Source of the DNA: Oculina patagonica
Lineage: Eukaryota
DNA length: 64,000 nt
Assembly: GCF_052425735.1 (NCBI RefSeq)
Contig: NC_135768.1
Coordinates: 21,328,001 to 21,392,000 of the forward strand
Direction of reading: 5' to 3'
Shown here: positions 33,801 to 45,718 of the stretch, one piece after another
Numbering within the stretch: the stretch's first letter is position 1
Layout of the letters: every line of letters starts with the position of its first letter
Made by a program: the position numbers and the translations under genes
The notes under the pieces: generated by a model
Told to the model about the DNA's origin: nothing
Seen by the model: only the letters and a program-made list of their open reading frames with translations
Database searches by the model: none

Positions 33801-36006
33801 CTTTCCATAGCATTTTCAACTATTTTAGATTTCTATTGTGCTGTACGCTTCCTGTAAGAAACAAATATTCGCTTGTTGTTTTATTTTAGCCATGCAGAAA
33901 TTGCTTTACGTTTTTCGAATGTGCCTATCCCTCGAGCACTTAAAGAAACTAATTTAAATGCAATGTAGTCGTGAGAGAAAACTTCGCTATTCGCCACCTA
34001 ACTTGATAACAAATATGATTGTTAAAAGTAATTTCTAAGCTAAAGAAAGGTAAACTAAAAACATTAATTAACCTTTTAGCGAAAACAGCAACACTAAACC
34101 TATAAAGCTTTACTATAAAAGCGACAAACAAGAAAATTTACAGGCAGCTAGATAAACCTGTAATGCTGCCGTTGAACGAATCGGGGCATAGAAATTAGAA
34201 GAAATGAAAACAAAATGTATAAAGAAACACATAAACACAGATACATAATACACGGAAAATAGAATATACTCTTATAATTTTCCTCTTTCTCTCCGAAGTC
34301 TTTGGTTTCTCGCAGTAAGGAACTATTGGCCTTTTACTCAGGGCGCGTATAAATTTAGACTAAGAAGAAGACAAGATACTTTAATGAGCCAACACCACAA
34401 TTACAAAGAGTCGAGAACACCGTCAAAAATTGTCCGGTTCTGCAAGACTAAAGAGTGCGCGCCTACCAGCTTTTCTCTTATCATTTATGTTCTTCTCTTG
34501 TAATATCCTTCGTCGGACGATTTCCTTCGGAAGATCTGCTGACACTACGAAGCCAGTCCGTTTTAGATCAAGGCTAAAGTTTAGCCTTCGAGAAAATAAA
34601 TTCTCTATTCCCATAGCGAAGAAATCGAGCAATTATCGGTCTTGGACGCCCATATTCATTTATTTTTCCGATTCTGTACACTCGCTGGAATTCAAAAAGG
34701 CTTGCACCGACCATCAATTGATTCTTCAAAAAATCTTTGAGCACTAAACGTGTGTTTTCTTCTTCTTCTTCCTCGCTGATTCCGTAAAACCGAAGGATTT
34801 CTCGTCCTGAATCATGACCTCAGCGTACAACAATTTATCCTCCAGGAATTACATCTCGCTTTGCAATTTTCATCACAATCCTTTTTAGCTGCTCATTAGC
34901 TGTTAACCTCCAAAACCGGTTTGTTTGGTTCGGTTAAGCCATCATCCAAAAGTTTTACCTTGGACCTCGCCTCTTTAGCAATTTCTTCAAGATGGCGGAC
35001 TCGATCATCTAATTTGTCGAACTTCTTCTTTAAACTCGAGCCAATTGAATCATTTTCAAGTTGTTTTAGTTTTGTGTCAATGTCAACTATCCTTAAGAAT
35101 TGTATCCACTCTCAACTCCAAATTTTGTGTCATTGCATCAGCGTCTTCTCTATCGTTTGTTGACGAATTCAGCAAGGAGCTCGAAGAGGTTTCTTTGCTT
35201 GTTTTCTCTTCTGGTGACTTCGGCGTCGTTATCTGAAACACTAGATGAGCTTTTTGTACTCTTTCCCGTTTTACTTTTACTACACATATAAACTTTAGCC
35301 AATGATATTACATTTAAATGGGGAAAACTATCGGAGATCTATTCGAACGCGTCTTTAACTCTTCACGCATACATCGTCCCAGTCCTGTTGTGTGCTTCAT
35401 GCGTGAAAACATGATCATCAAAAGTCAAGATGTCCTGCTGTAGACTCGCTCAGTGGCCTTACTTTTTTTCATCGTGAGTATAACGAGCATTTTTTCTGCT
35501 CTGTGAGTGGTCGCTATTCGCCTATAAGGTCGACAGCCTCTAAAGGTTTGAGTACCACTTTGATAACAAAACTGTAGCAACACGCGAGACACTCGTCCGG
35601 TACAGCCGAAAATTTATACAATAACTGAATTCAAACATTTTCTTCCTTTACTGCGCAACGTGAACCTGATTCATAAGGAAAAATCATGCAGAAAATTAAG
35701 ATTAAAAGAGGGAAAGGAAAAAAATACCTGTTCTTTGTGAAAAAGTGCGTGGAAAAGATTTAGGAATGCATTGCGTTAAGGGTCCTCCTCCATTGAAGAA
35801 GACAAGAGTTGGATCCATGACAATTTCAGTTCCTTTAACCCCTCCCCCAGACAAATGTGGGTTTTCTACTAAAAACCTGGGAAATCGCACTTACCGCTTT
35901 CTTGCTGCCTTAAATTGCCGGATGTAGCGGATGCTGTGATCAGCAGGAAATAAGAGGAAGCAACGGAAACCGCAAGAACTAAGGTTACAGGACAAAACGG
36001 CTTCAT
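30823..36006 (-). CDS. Uncharacterised type I membrane glycoprotein, paralog 2 (276 aa)
   Basis: complement(join(30823..31541,35895..36006)). Exon 1 MKPFCPVTLVLAVSVASSYFLLITASATSGNLRQQES, GTAAGT donor, phase 1; exon 2 ASWNHGRRIKRDVSSNHT...TM...PAVIFKA. Confidence 0.85.
32315..35385 (-). mobile_element. Decayed, internally deleted Tx1/L1-clade LINE in paralog 2 intron
   Basis: ORF1 remnants (EFQRVYRIGK, RPRPIIARFLRY, VSADLPKEIVRRR), APE endonuclease (RGIGTFEKRKAI, ICFLQE, MFFSHG, GGDLNV, KSDH), RT start (KTPGYDGFTAEFY, LSNSQKQAVI) fused to the C-terminus (LNHII...LIYRCKL); many frameshifts. Confidence 0.88.
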
Positions 36007-38774
36007 TTTCAAACTGCAGCGTCGTTCGGTCACAAAGTGATTTACGAAGGCTTTGAGTAGGATGCACGCCTGTTAGCGATTGTATGGAAATTGGTGCAGT
36101 TCTATCTTGCGAGAACTTTCACAGTAATAATTCACTGACTGTGTTCTATGTCTTAAGTACCTCGCTACCCGAGCCTTCAAGGCGAAATTTTATTTTTGAT
36201 TGGCAGCCCTCTTGGTGGCTGTCATGCATGACATTCATATTTGCGGTCAGAATTAATTTTCTTTACGAAAGCGCCACTTGTCTCCTCGACACAAGGATAG
36301 GAAGCTGTATAGCGACTCAAACATTCTACCAAAAATGATATTCCTGAGCTAATACGGACTCCGTTTGCAGTTAACTGATAAGTCTTAGTCGGCCACCAAA
36401 GAAAATGACCGGAGCAAGAATATTAATCCATAGATTATACTTTGACTCTGTGTGCCTTTGTACTTTAGAGCTGGAGTTCAAGTTTAACATCTAATCATAT
36501 TAAACTTAAAAACGCCAGCGAAGGCAAGTTGAAATACCGAGCTGTTTGTTAAATGGTCTGTTCTTATGGAGGAGATATCGTTAACTCAAAGAAGTGAGCT
36601 ACGCTTACTTGGGACGATCACGTGGTTTCTTGGAAGTCAGGAGAAGTATTGTTAAAAAGTAGTATACTGCAACCGCTAGGAGAAAATTCAACTTTAACTG
36701 AGATCTATTGCGTAGACAAGGCCTCTGCCTTACTGCACACCTACACACACCTAGAATTTTGGCCGTACAGGGTATAAATGGTTCAGCTACAGCAATGCCC
36801 CGATCAGAACGAAAAACCGATTTTTAACAGGTCTGGTTAACGTTATGTGCCGTGCAACACAACGCTTTGCAGGGTTTCGCCGCTCAGATGTCAAAAGACA
36901 AGGAAGGGTTTTAGTGGCTCAAAGATGACTAACTCTCAGGCCTAAAGAATTTTCGCAAATTAGATTTGAAGTACGTCAGGAATGTGGAATCGAGTTTCCC
37001 TGAGAAGAGGTGTCTGCGCAAAGGTTTAAAATTAGAGTTTTACAAACATAAAAAAAACACGCAAAGTCAAAGAGAGGAAGGTTATTTCAACACGAAATAG
37101 AATGACAAAAACTAGACCCTTAACTTAGGTTTTATGGCACATCTTCTAAGAAATAAAACATGTATGTAAAATTTTGAATTGAGGCATTTGACAAGAAGGT
37201 TGAATAGTTTGAATTCTCGATGACAGTCCACTTTAAGGCTCTTTGATATTAACCCTTCAGTTATGCTAGGCCCGGATTTTTCCTGGATTTGGAGGAATGG
37301 GCATTCAACCACTTGTGACGCCACCAATATACACGTCAGCAGATTTTTATGACGTGCAACGAATGATGTATTCATTTAGAGCAATTTACTCAAAACAATT
37401 AATTTACTTTGCATTACTCGAAAAGTTTAAAAGTTTAAAATGGGGTGAGAGTTTTTTGTGCAAAGGTTAAGGCATAACAGTTTTCGGCAAACATAAAAAA
37501 ATTCACGCAATCAACGTCAAAGAAAGGAAAGTTTTTAATTTCTTAGACGACCAAGAAAGACAAATACTACACAAGATTTAAGATTAGTTTTTCGTAGAAA
37601 CATTACTTGTTTATCAGTGGAATGTTTCGTTTAGACGCTTGACGAAAAATTTAAATTGTTTAATATCCGATGACACGCGTCCAATAGTTCCAGCTAGCTC
37701 TTCTGGAATTTAAGGTAAGCCGAAAACTCGTCAAGTAAAGTGTATTTATTTATATCCGTTTTAAATTAAGACTTGTCATCAGGTATTTGAACTTTTCAAC
37801 TTCCCCGTTAGATGTTTTAATCAGGACGCTATGATTCGAAGGCGTCACGTTAAAACTCAAATCAAGTGCGTGTTCTTCGTCTCCAGTTAGCTGGTCTTGA
37901 AATAACTTTTTTTCTTTTTGGTGCCCACTGCGTATTTGCTGCTGTTGTTGTTGCTTTGTAAGATGTTACGTCGTTTTAACCTTTGCACCGTCTCCTATTT
38001 TGACCACACTGGAAACTCGATCTCACTTTTCTGGCTTACAAGTACCTCAAGTCTAATTCGCGTGGAAAACGTACCCAAGACAAAAATACCAATCACCAGA
38101 AGTCTACAGACTTTTGAACCACTGAAAGCCATGTTGTCTGTCGTTTAATAAAAGAGTGGCTAAAACCCTTTAAGTGTTTTGTTTATCGAATGCTTTTAAA
38201 TGTATACCACAAAACCCCAGATATCGAAAGGATTTGGAACCTACCCGGAAATTGTCGAAATTGCTTAAGCCTGACCATGAATTTTATCACGAGCAAGGTA
38301 GCCAGGCCAGGTACTTTGCACTGGGAAAGGTTGGTTTAGTTTTGTGATAGTTGGAATGCAACTTGTTAGAATGCTTTCATCCATTTACTAACTTTCCGAA
38401 TAAACCAAGTTAACTTTTTTACGGGACTTCTGTTAATAAACCAAGAGCTAACCTCTCAAACTTTTACTGCTTAATCCCTCTAAGAGCCACGCGCACAAAA
38501 CAGAAATTGGATTCTTTAGCCGAGAGAGCTTAGTATTTTCGATTTTGTTTCTCTGATACTTTTTAAACTTTATCATAATTGCCTGTCAAAGTCAATTACT
38601 TCAATTAAACAAAATTAAGACTATGAAGGAAATTTACAATTTTGCTGCGTGCGCACATAAACAGCATTACCCAAATACGTTTTTTTTTACAGCAAACGGG
38701 ACGCGGGTTCTGGGAAAGAGAATGTTTACAGCATTAAATAAAAATATCTCAAAGTAGAATTTTTAACAAAGATG

Positions 38775-38970
38775 TATTTTTCAGCAATGACACGAGCATG
38801 GGACAAAGAAAAATTGTGAGTCCCCGACGGGAATAGAACCCATGGCCTCCCAGATACCGGTTGGGCGCTCTAACCAACTGAGCTACGAGAGACTCGTGGT
38901 GAGCTGGGCCAGTTACTAGGTTGATATGTGACATGTGTCCGGCATTCTGCTAGGATCAGCAATGTCGAAT
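38775..38970 (-). mobile_element. tRNA-derived SINE-like repeat (tRNA-like segment 38817-38895)
   Basis: Minus strand gagtctctcgtagctcagttggttagagc...gggttctattccc...gggactca has A/B boxes and an acceptor-like stem but a defective anticodon arm. Confidence 0.7.
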
Positions 38971-40465
38971 TCATCGAGTGTGGAGTAATTCGTGATATTT
39001 TGTAGCTAACCGCATGTCACTTAAATTTATGTATTAAAAAATACGGGTCACCATGCTCGTTTAGAAGAAAACGACCACTTATTTCCCTGCCGAGCTTAGC
39101 CTATGCGCGCGCCCTAAATGACGCGCAAAATTATGAGTAGCCATAGATCACAAGCGACTGGGAGACGAGTATCGCCTGAAATTTCTTCTCGTAGCTAATA
39201 TTGTTAACAAACTGCGCTTGCAATCGTAGGTTTTTGACTGGTATATTGCATCGCGTACTCCGAGCTTTGAAAAGTTGAAAGCATACATTTTGCTCAAGCT
39301 CGCAAGTTTTTTAAGTCTTTGAAGAAAACCTTTTAGAGATTCCTTTTTGCTGTTGACAGAAAGTTTCAAAGATGAATCAACTGTCAATTATTTCTCACAT
39401 TATGACCGTAGTTCGTCTTGAATGAACTGAAAACGGTGCCCGTGTAAAACGCTCAAAAACCCGCTCGATGCCATTTAGACCCATTTATGTAATTGGCTTA
39501 AGTCTTGAAGTCGTTTTGACGTTTTAAAATATAAAATATCATCAAAAGTTTTCTTACATGGCTAAGGCTAGCTGGCTAAGATGAAATTCAAGCCTTAATG
39601 TACAAAGTTTAAGCTTTAAAACATCTTTTACTACGGACGCCATCTTGCTGCTAACTGCGTTGCCATGGCAATTTTATAATTTCACATGTGAAATTATAAA
39701 TTAACGTTAAAATTTCGCGCCAAAATTAAGGAGTAATTTGTCACCTATGATATTAGTCTTGGAATTCCTTTCTCTACTTATTCAACCTGACCTCAGTCAG
39801 GGATCTTCCACTCTAAATAAGGTTCAAAGTGAAACTCAGTAGCGGTTCTTTTTTGCTGCTGATCAAGTTTCAACTTATATCAACTAACTGTTTTTGTAGA
39901 AAAACTACTTAAAATGCATGGCTGGCACTAGAACACTTTTAATGGGCCAAGTGACGTCTGGTACAAAGCATTGAAGAGATCCGGCAACAAGAAAGACTGG
40001 GTTTTAATCTGCATTGTGTGGTTCCCTGCATTCAAAAGTTTCAAACTTTGTTTTTTCTTACATATGTTGAGAAGAAATATTTCGGCGAACTGTGTGCTAA
40101 TTTCTAAACGGCCCATCTTAGAGGTCCGTATTGCTTTTTTTCCCGCTAACTTCTGCACTTTTTCCAGAAGGTGAACTCTAGATTTTTGCCGTGTTAATAG
40201 ACGACTATAGTTAGCTTCTGTCCTTATATGCGTTATCTATGCTATAGATCAAAGGTATTGTTTAGAAGTTGGGAATTCAAAGATGAAATAACTAAAAGCC
40301 TTGCTAACAAAAGTGTGGTAGTTGTGGGTGGGCCCCGTAACTTTCATCCCCTTTCCACCTAAGCTGTTTTGGCGCCAAATTTTTTAATGAGCCTAACTTA
40401 ATTCGAATTTAGGCCAAATCAAGAAATCCTCCCTTTTTGATAGAGGCGCCGATCTTAGTAATAAT

Positions 40466-40893
40466 ACCGTCCGTCCTTGTACGCACCGTTTAGCCCTCAA
40501 TCATCTCATACTGCTGGGCAAATATTTTCTTTATGTCAACGCACTTAACAATGTCAAAGGCGTTTTTAATGACTTCATCTCATTAGTGCACGAGAAAATC
40601 GAGACTGAAAAATATATCGCTGTCATGTCGAATGATGAGAAGAAATTTAAACAGAAATGGAAATTCCTTCTCAGCTAGTTAGAGTCTGTATTTTAGTAAT
40701 GTAAGCAATGCAATTATACATTTAAATGTAACGTACCAGCGACTGTAATTAATGTATTGTTTAACTTATTGTAATGTAGTGTTAAATATATAGTGTGTTG
40801 TAATTTAGATACTTATGTATTGTATTGTTTCTAGTACCATGTAAATAGCTTGTGAGTGTTGTTTGTAATAAAAGCGCAGTTAAAAAAAAAAAA
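40466..40893 (+). mobile_element. 5'-truncated Tx1/L1 LINE 3' end with poly(A)
   Basis: LNHLILLGKYFLYV...EKIETEKYIA...KFKQKWKFLLS* (stop 40678), UTR, AATAAA, A12; interrupts sequence homologous to 19905-19935. Confidence 0.85.
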
Positions 40894-43800
40894 TCTCGTT
40901 AACAAAAGATTTAAATCAGCGATATGACACTTAAATTGTTTTGATAAGTGGAACCAGGAGTGTCACTAACTGCCTTCCCTAAATGGGATGCTATTCAAGG
41001 TTACCTCCTGGCACTTTGTCACTGTTACTCTAATATAGCTGTTCGTCGGTAGCCATTTATACTCCTGGGTGGAGGGAGAAACAATTTCAGCGTCTGAGTC
41101 AGAGTTGTTGATGGCTGTAATTCCGGCTGAGCCAGGCTTGGCCAACGGTTGAGCCGTTCCAAAATGAAATTTCCAAGTACTTACTTAATTGGAATTAGGC
41201 TTGGCTCATGGAATGAATATATTCGTTCAAACGTCGACAGTTTATAAGCCTAATTTAAATCTAACTAGTTTAGTCGATATCAAGAAAATCCCGCTTTTTA
41301 ACCTTTTAAGTTAGGCGCCGAAATTAAGATCCACAAACTTAATTTGGCTCAATATATAGAATTCGCTCAAAATCCCTCCAATAATTTCTTTTATGCCGAG
41401 AGCGGAGCCCAAATATAACCAATTATCAATCATCATATTTGCGGTCGTGCGTGCGGCAAGATTCACTGAATTGTGGAGACACTTGTTTGGATTAATTTGC
41501 CCACTCACGTGGCGTTTATTTCAAACCATTCAACTGCTAAAGTGTCAAACAATTAATCAATAAAACATCGCTTTAATAGTGTTAACTCCTAGTGTTTATT
41601 CAGTGAATTATGTTGGGGCGGAAAAACAGACAAACAGCCCGCAAAGCGGTAGCAAGAGCAGAGGCGGAGTCCAGGGGAAGGTGGAGGGTCGACGAAATTG
41701 AAAGTAAAATGCGCTGAAAGTTAATCAGCTATCACCGTCGACGTTGGCAGAGAAAGGGGCGAGTGAGAGCGAGCTTCTGAATTTATAGTTCGCTCAGCGG
41801 GCGGTATCTAGCACGCAAACATTAAGATTTCGTTATCAGCCTCTGCAGCTTGGACCGCAAGATAAGATACAGCCCCGCCCCAGCATAAAACCCATTATCG
41901 CGCGAAGTCAATAATGGGCCATATTATAAGTAAGTAACAAATATGGAATTAGACTGGAGAAAAATTGTTTTCTTTATGAAATCTGGATGAAAACTTTTTA
42001 CACATCTCAAAACACCTTAAAATTCCCCCGATTGTGAGGAACTTAAAATTTGTGTTTGTTTCATTCGCTTAAGTCTTTGATTCTTGGATCGGAGTTGCAG
42101 TGGAGACTCGTCTCAAAACTTTATATAATGTTGTCAATTTCATTACAGATAACTCGAACCTCCTGCTAAACTCGAACCTTCTCCGATCCTCCAGGTGGTT
42201 TTTTCCCTAATAATTTATTACCCTTGCTAACTCGAACTCCCGATATCTCAAAACTTTTTCGATCTCCCTTGAAGGTTCGAGTTAGTTATCGTTATTCAAC
42301 TGTATATTTGGCCAGCCTCTAGCGGCAGGCACGTGAGAATTTGACAAACAACCCTAATTTGCATGACAATGAAAACCGGGTCAGACGTTTTTCCCCGTAT
42401 GTTTTTCTCTTCTGCCAGTAGAATTTTTTAGCTTCTTCAGTACTTGATATCCCGAAAGATTTCAGAGAGCTTTCGGAAGGTAGCCAAGCGTAGTCATTTT
42501 ACGCGTGGTGCACAGGAATTCGATGTTGTGCTCAACTCGAAACAATAGGAAATCCCAGAGCACAAAATTATTCAAAACTACGAGATCGCTCCAATATTTA
42601 CTCAATTTTGCGTTTATGTTAGACAACCTTAGAAGTTTCCAATTAGCATGAAATTCCGGGATTGTGTAGTGTACTGATCAATTACCACCCTGAAAAATTT
42701 TGGAGAAAATTCATTGACGAGTTTTGAAATAATCGCTTTTTTGCGAAAGTAGGCGTAAAATTGGTAAATAGAGCTAAACATTGAGCTTCACTATGATTCA
42801 TATATTTCATATTTTTTGAAATCGCGTAAGTCTACCTACTTCTTACGGTTTATATATCGGATATGGGACATTTTTTAAAGGAATGAGGGCTAAAGCCTTT
42901 TATAAAACATCAAAAAAGAAGCAAATTTCTTTATATGAAGTCTTGTCTTTATTTTACGCCTTAATTATACCATCTAAAAAGAAATTCTAAGATATTTCAA
43001 AATCCCTCTTGTAAATTTTAATGAATCTCCGCAGAGCTGAAGGCAAACACCCAAGGTATACGTAGCCTGGAGGATCTCAAGAGAAAATGCGGTTACGGGC
43101 TAAAATTCGATTCAGAGCAAAAACCTGTGTGACGTCATTGTCACGTGATATCCATTCCGATCTCCCAAAAAATTATGTCATATTGCAGTTCAGTCTATGT
43201 GTAATCCATGTGATATAGTAGATATGTCATTGACATTAATCCGTTTAAGTATGAGGGTTTCAAAGTTGATAGGTATCGCTAGAAAAAAACTGGGTCGAGC
43301 CACCTTAAGGTACTTTGTAGAGGAAGATCATAATTGTTCGTGGTGAATCCCTACGAAGTTCAACGGACGACGAAACGGTAAACTTTGAACAAGATTTATT
43401 CACTATCTTTGATAACAAACAACAGCGCAATACGGGGCGACAACGATAACAAACGTCACATAAGCCGTTGCGTTACATGAATCATCCGCACAGTTTTGGC
43501 ATGAACAATAGAGACATTTAGATTCAGGTTTTCGGCTATAAACGTCAAACCGCAAACGTCTAGGAATCACGTGACCAGGCCCCGAGGTCACGTTTGAAGT
43601 TTTCAACGTAAGGTAGCTTTTCACGTTGGTGATTTCCCTCAAGGTTTCTCCTCTTTTATTTTATTTTTAGTTATCTCACGTATTGACACTATAGATATCC
43701 GAAGTAGTTATTTGTCTAGACGTAGAGAAAAAATTCAAGTTGAAAGAGTGCAGATTGAGCATTTTGTCTTCTTTTGATATACAAGCACTTGTATATGTCG

Positions 43801-44664
43801 CAAATCCAATATGGCAGCGGAAAGCTTGCAAGTAAATTCTCGGAATCTCACCGTATATTTCTCAGAAAACATCTTGTGGAAGGACGAATGTTTTGAAGGC
43901 GAACCAGTCAAATTTCAAGAACGATGTGAGCGTTAATTAAGGTAAGCCTCTTCTTTCACAGATACCGAGCAAAGCATCAGAAGCATTTTTTGAGAGAATT
44001 GTATTTATCGTGAAAGAAAAAATAAATTTTGATTTTGCCGTGAATCTTGACGAGCAGTTTGTGTGCTTTTCTTCGTGCCGCCCTCAACAACCGTCGATAA
44101 AAAAGCGGTGTTAGACCGGATCACTTGTAATTTTGAATTTTAGAATTTGACAAGTCATCTTTCCTTTTAGTTAAGTTGTTTTCTACGAGAATTTGCTCGA
44201 GGTTGGAGACGTCTAGCTAAACCGATGGAATTTATGATACCTCAAACGCCAAACAACTAACCTTAAAAAACTCATTAATAATTCATAAAGAAAATTCAAA
44301 AGAAATTAACGTTTAATGAGTGGCTTTATGTCTGATCAAGACACGGCTAAACTTTACGTCCAATTTTCTAGGCCAAAATAACCCCAAATCTAAATATTAG
44401 TGCAAGAATGAGTTGATCTACATCGGAAGATTCTTAAGCCGTTCAATAAATTCGCAGTTCGTGTTTTATCAAGTCTAAAACACTCGGCTGCGCCTCGTGT
44501 TTTAAACTTGATAAAACACTGCTGCTCATTTATTAAACATTACTTAAACTGCCGTTTGCGGTTTGCTGTTAAAGTAAAAAACCTGTAGCTAAATTGTTTT
44601 GCTCAAGTATACATCCTTGAAAGGATGACGTTATTTCTAGCCGTGGTTCGCTTTTAAACGCATT

Positions 44665-44797
44665 TTATATGCTCAGTCCGCATTTTATACCGTAGTCCGT
44701 ATTCTATACCCAGTCGGCAGTTTGAGTCCGCATTTTATACCCCAGTCCGTGTTTTATACCCAGTCCGCAGTCCGCAGTCCGTGTTTTATACTGACCG
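44665..44797. repeat. Short tandem cagtccg(c/t)(a/g)ttttatac repeats, transposon subterminal type
   Basis: About 6 diverged units ending in gttttatactgaccg. Confidence 0.7.
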
Positions 44798-45049
44798 ACT
44801 AAACTGGTCAGCGGATGTTAAACCAAGATGGCGGACAGTAGAAGATCGATATGTAGCTGTAAAAGTTGCTGTAAAATGGACTATCTCGACGTGATAATTT
44901 CCGTTCAGATTAAAGCGGATTGCAAGGTGATTTCTTCCTTCGCTGCGAGATAAATGTACTAGTGATCTAACAAAATTCTCCTCTTTTTGTTTCGTTTCCT
45001 CAGAAACGATACGGTATTATTTTGGCTTCGATGTGAACTATTTACACAG

Positions 45050-45718
45050 TGGGGGCTACTATCCAATCAGAAGTACGGTCGTAACCACAAAGTAAATACG
45101 TTTGACCGAAGACAATTAATTTCGTAAAAACATGTTCTTCAAATATCGAAAAGATATTCCTCAGCATGATCAAAACATATTGAGATTCGTTGCAAACAGA
45201 AATATCTGACGACTGCAATGGTTTTAAGTTTGATTAAAGCGATGTATTGTAAGAAAACTAGAGAAAGCTCTCGTAGCGTTTAATTGTTAAGAAAACATTC
45301 TAGCGATTTTCTGAAACGGAAGTAAATTTCCACCAATCAGTGTTTGCAAGCGTAAACAAAAACGGGATGACTTGTCGTGTTTGCTCGCACGGGGGGCTGC
45401 TATCCAATTACAAGAACGGTCGTAAACACAAAGTAAATACGTATGACCGATGGCAATTAATTTCGTAAAAACATGTTGTTCAAATATCGGAAATATATTC
45501 CTCAGCATGACCAAAAATATTGAGATTCGTTGCAAACAGAAATATCTAACGACTGCAATGATTGTAAGTTTGATTAAAGCGATGTATTGTAAGAAAACTA
45601 GAGAAAGCTCTCGTAGCGTTTAATATTATTCTGAAACGGAAGTAAATTTCCACCAACCAGTTTGCAAGCGCAAAGAAAAACGGGATGGCTTGGCGTATCT
45701 CGTGTTTGCTCGCACGGT
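45050..45718. repeat. ~340-bp tandem duplication
   Basis: gggggct.ctatccaat...acggtcgtaa.cacaaagtaaatacg...aaagctctcgtagcgtttaat at ~45051 and ~45391. Confidence 0.85.

Larger units (their letters stand above)
28340..38590. repeat. Segmental duplication unit (paralog 2 block); homologous blocks ~11020-20030 and ~49610-61030, inverted partial blocks ~40365-49110 and ~61490-64000
   Basis: Co-linear non-coding homology, e.g. atcgaatgcttttaaatgtat at ~11890, 29625, 38185, 50947 and inverted at ~61770-61790; ggaatcgagtttccc at ~16992, 36985, 58979 and inverted at ~63650. Confidence 0.9.

Noticed and set aside
38817-38895. tRNA gene
   Set aside because: The anticodon arm does not form a canonical 5-bp stem/7-nt loop, the T-loop is altered (TTCTATT), and it is embedded in a SINE-like repeat.
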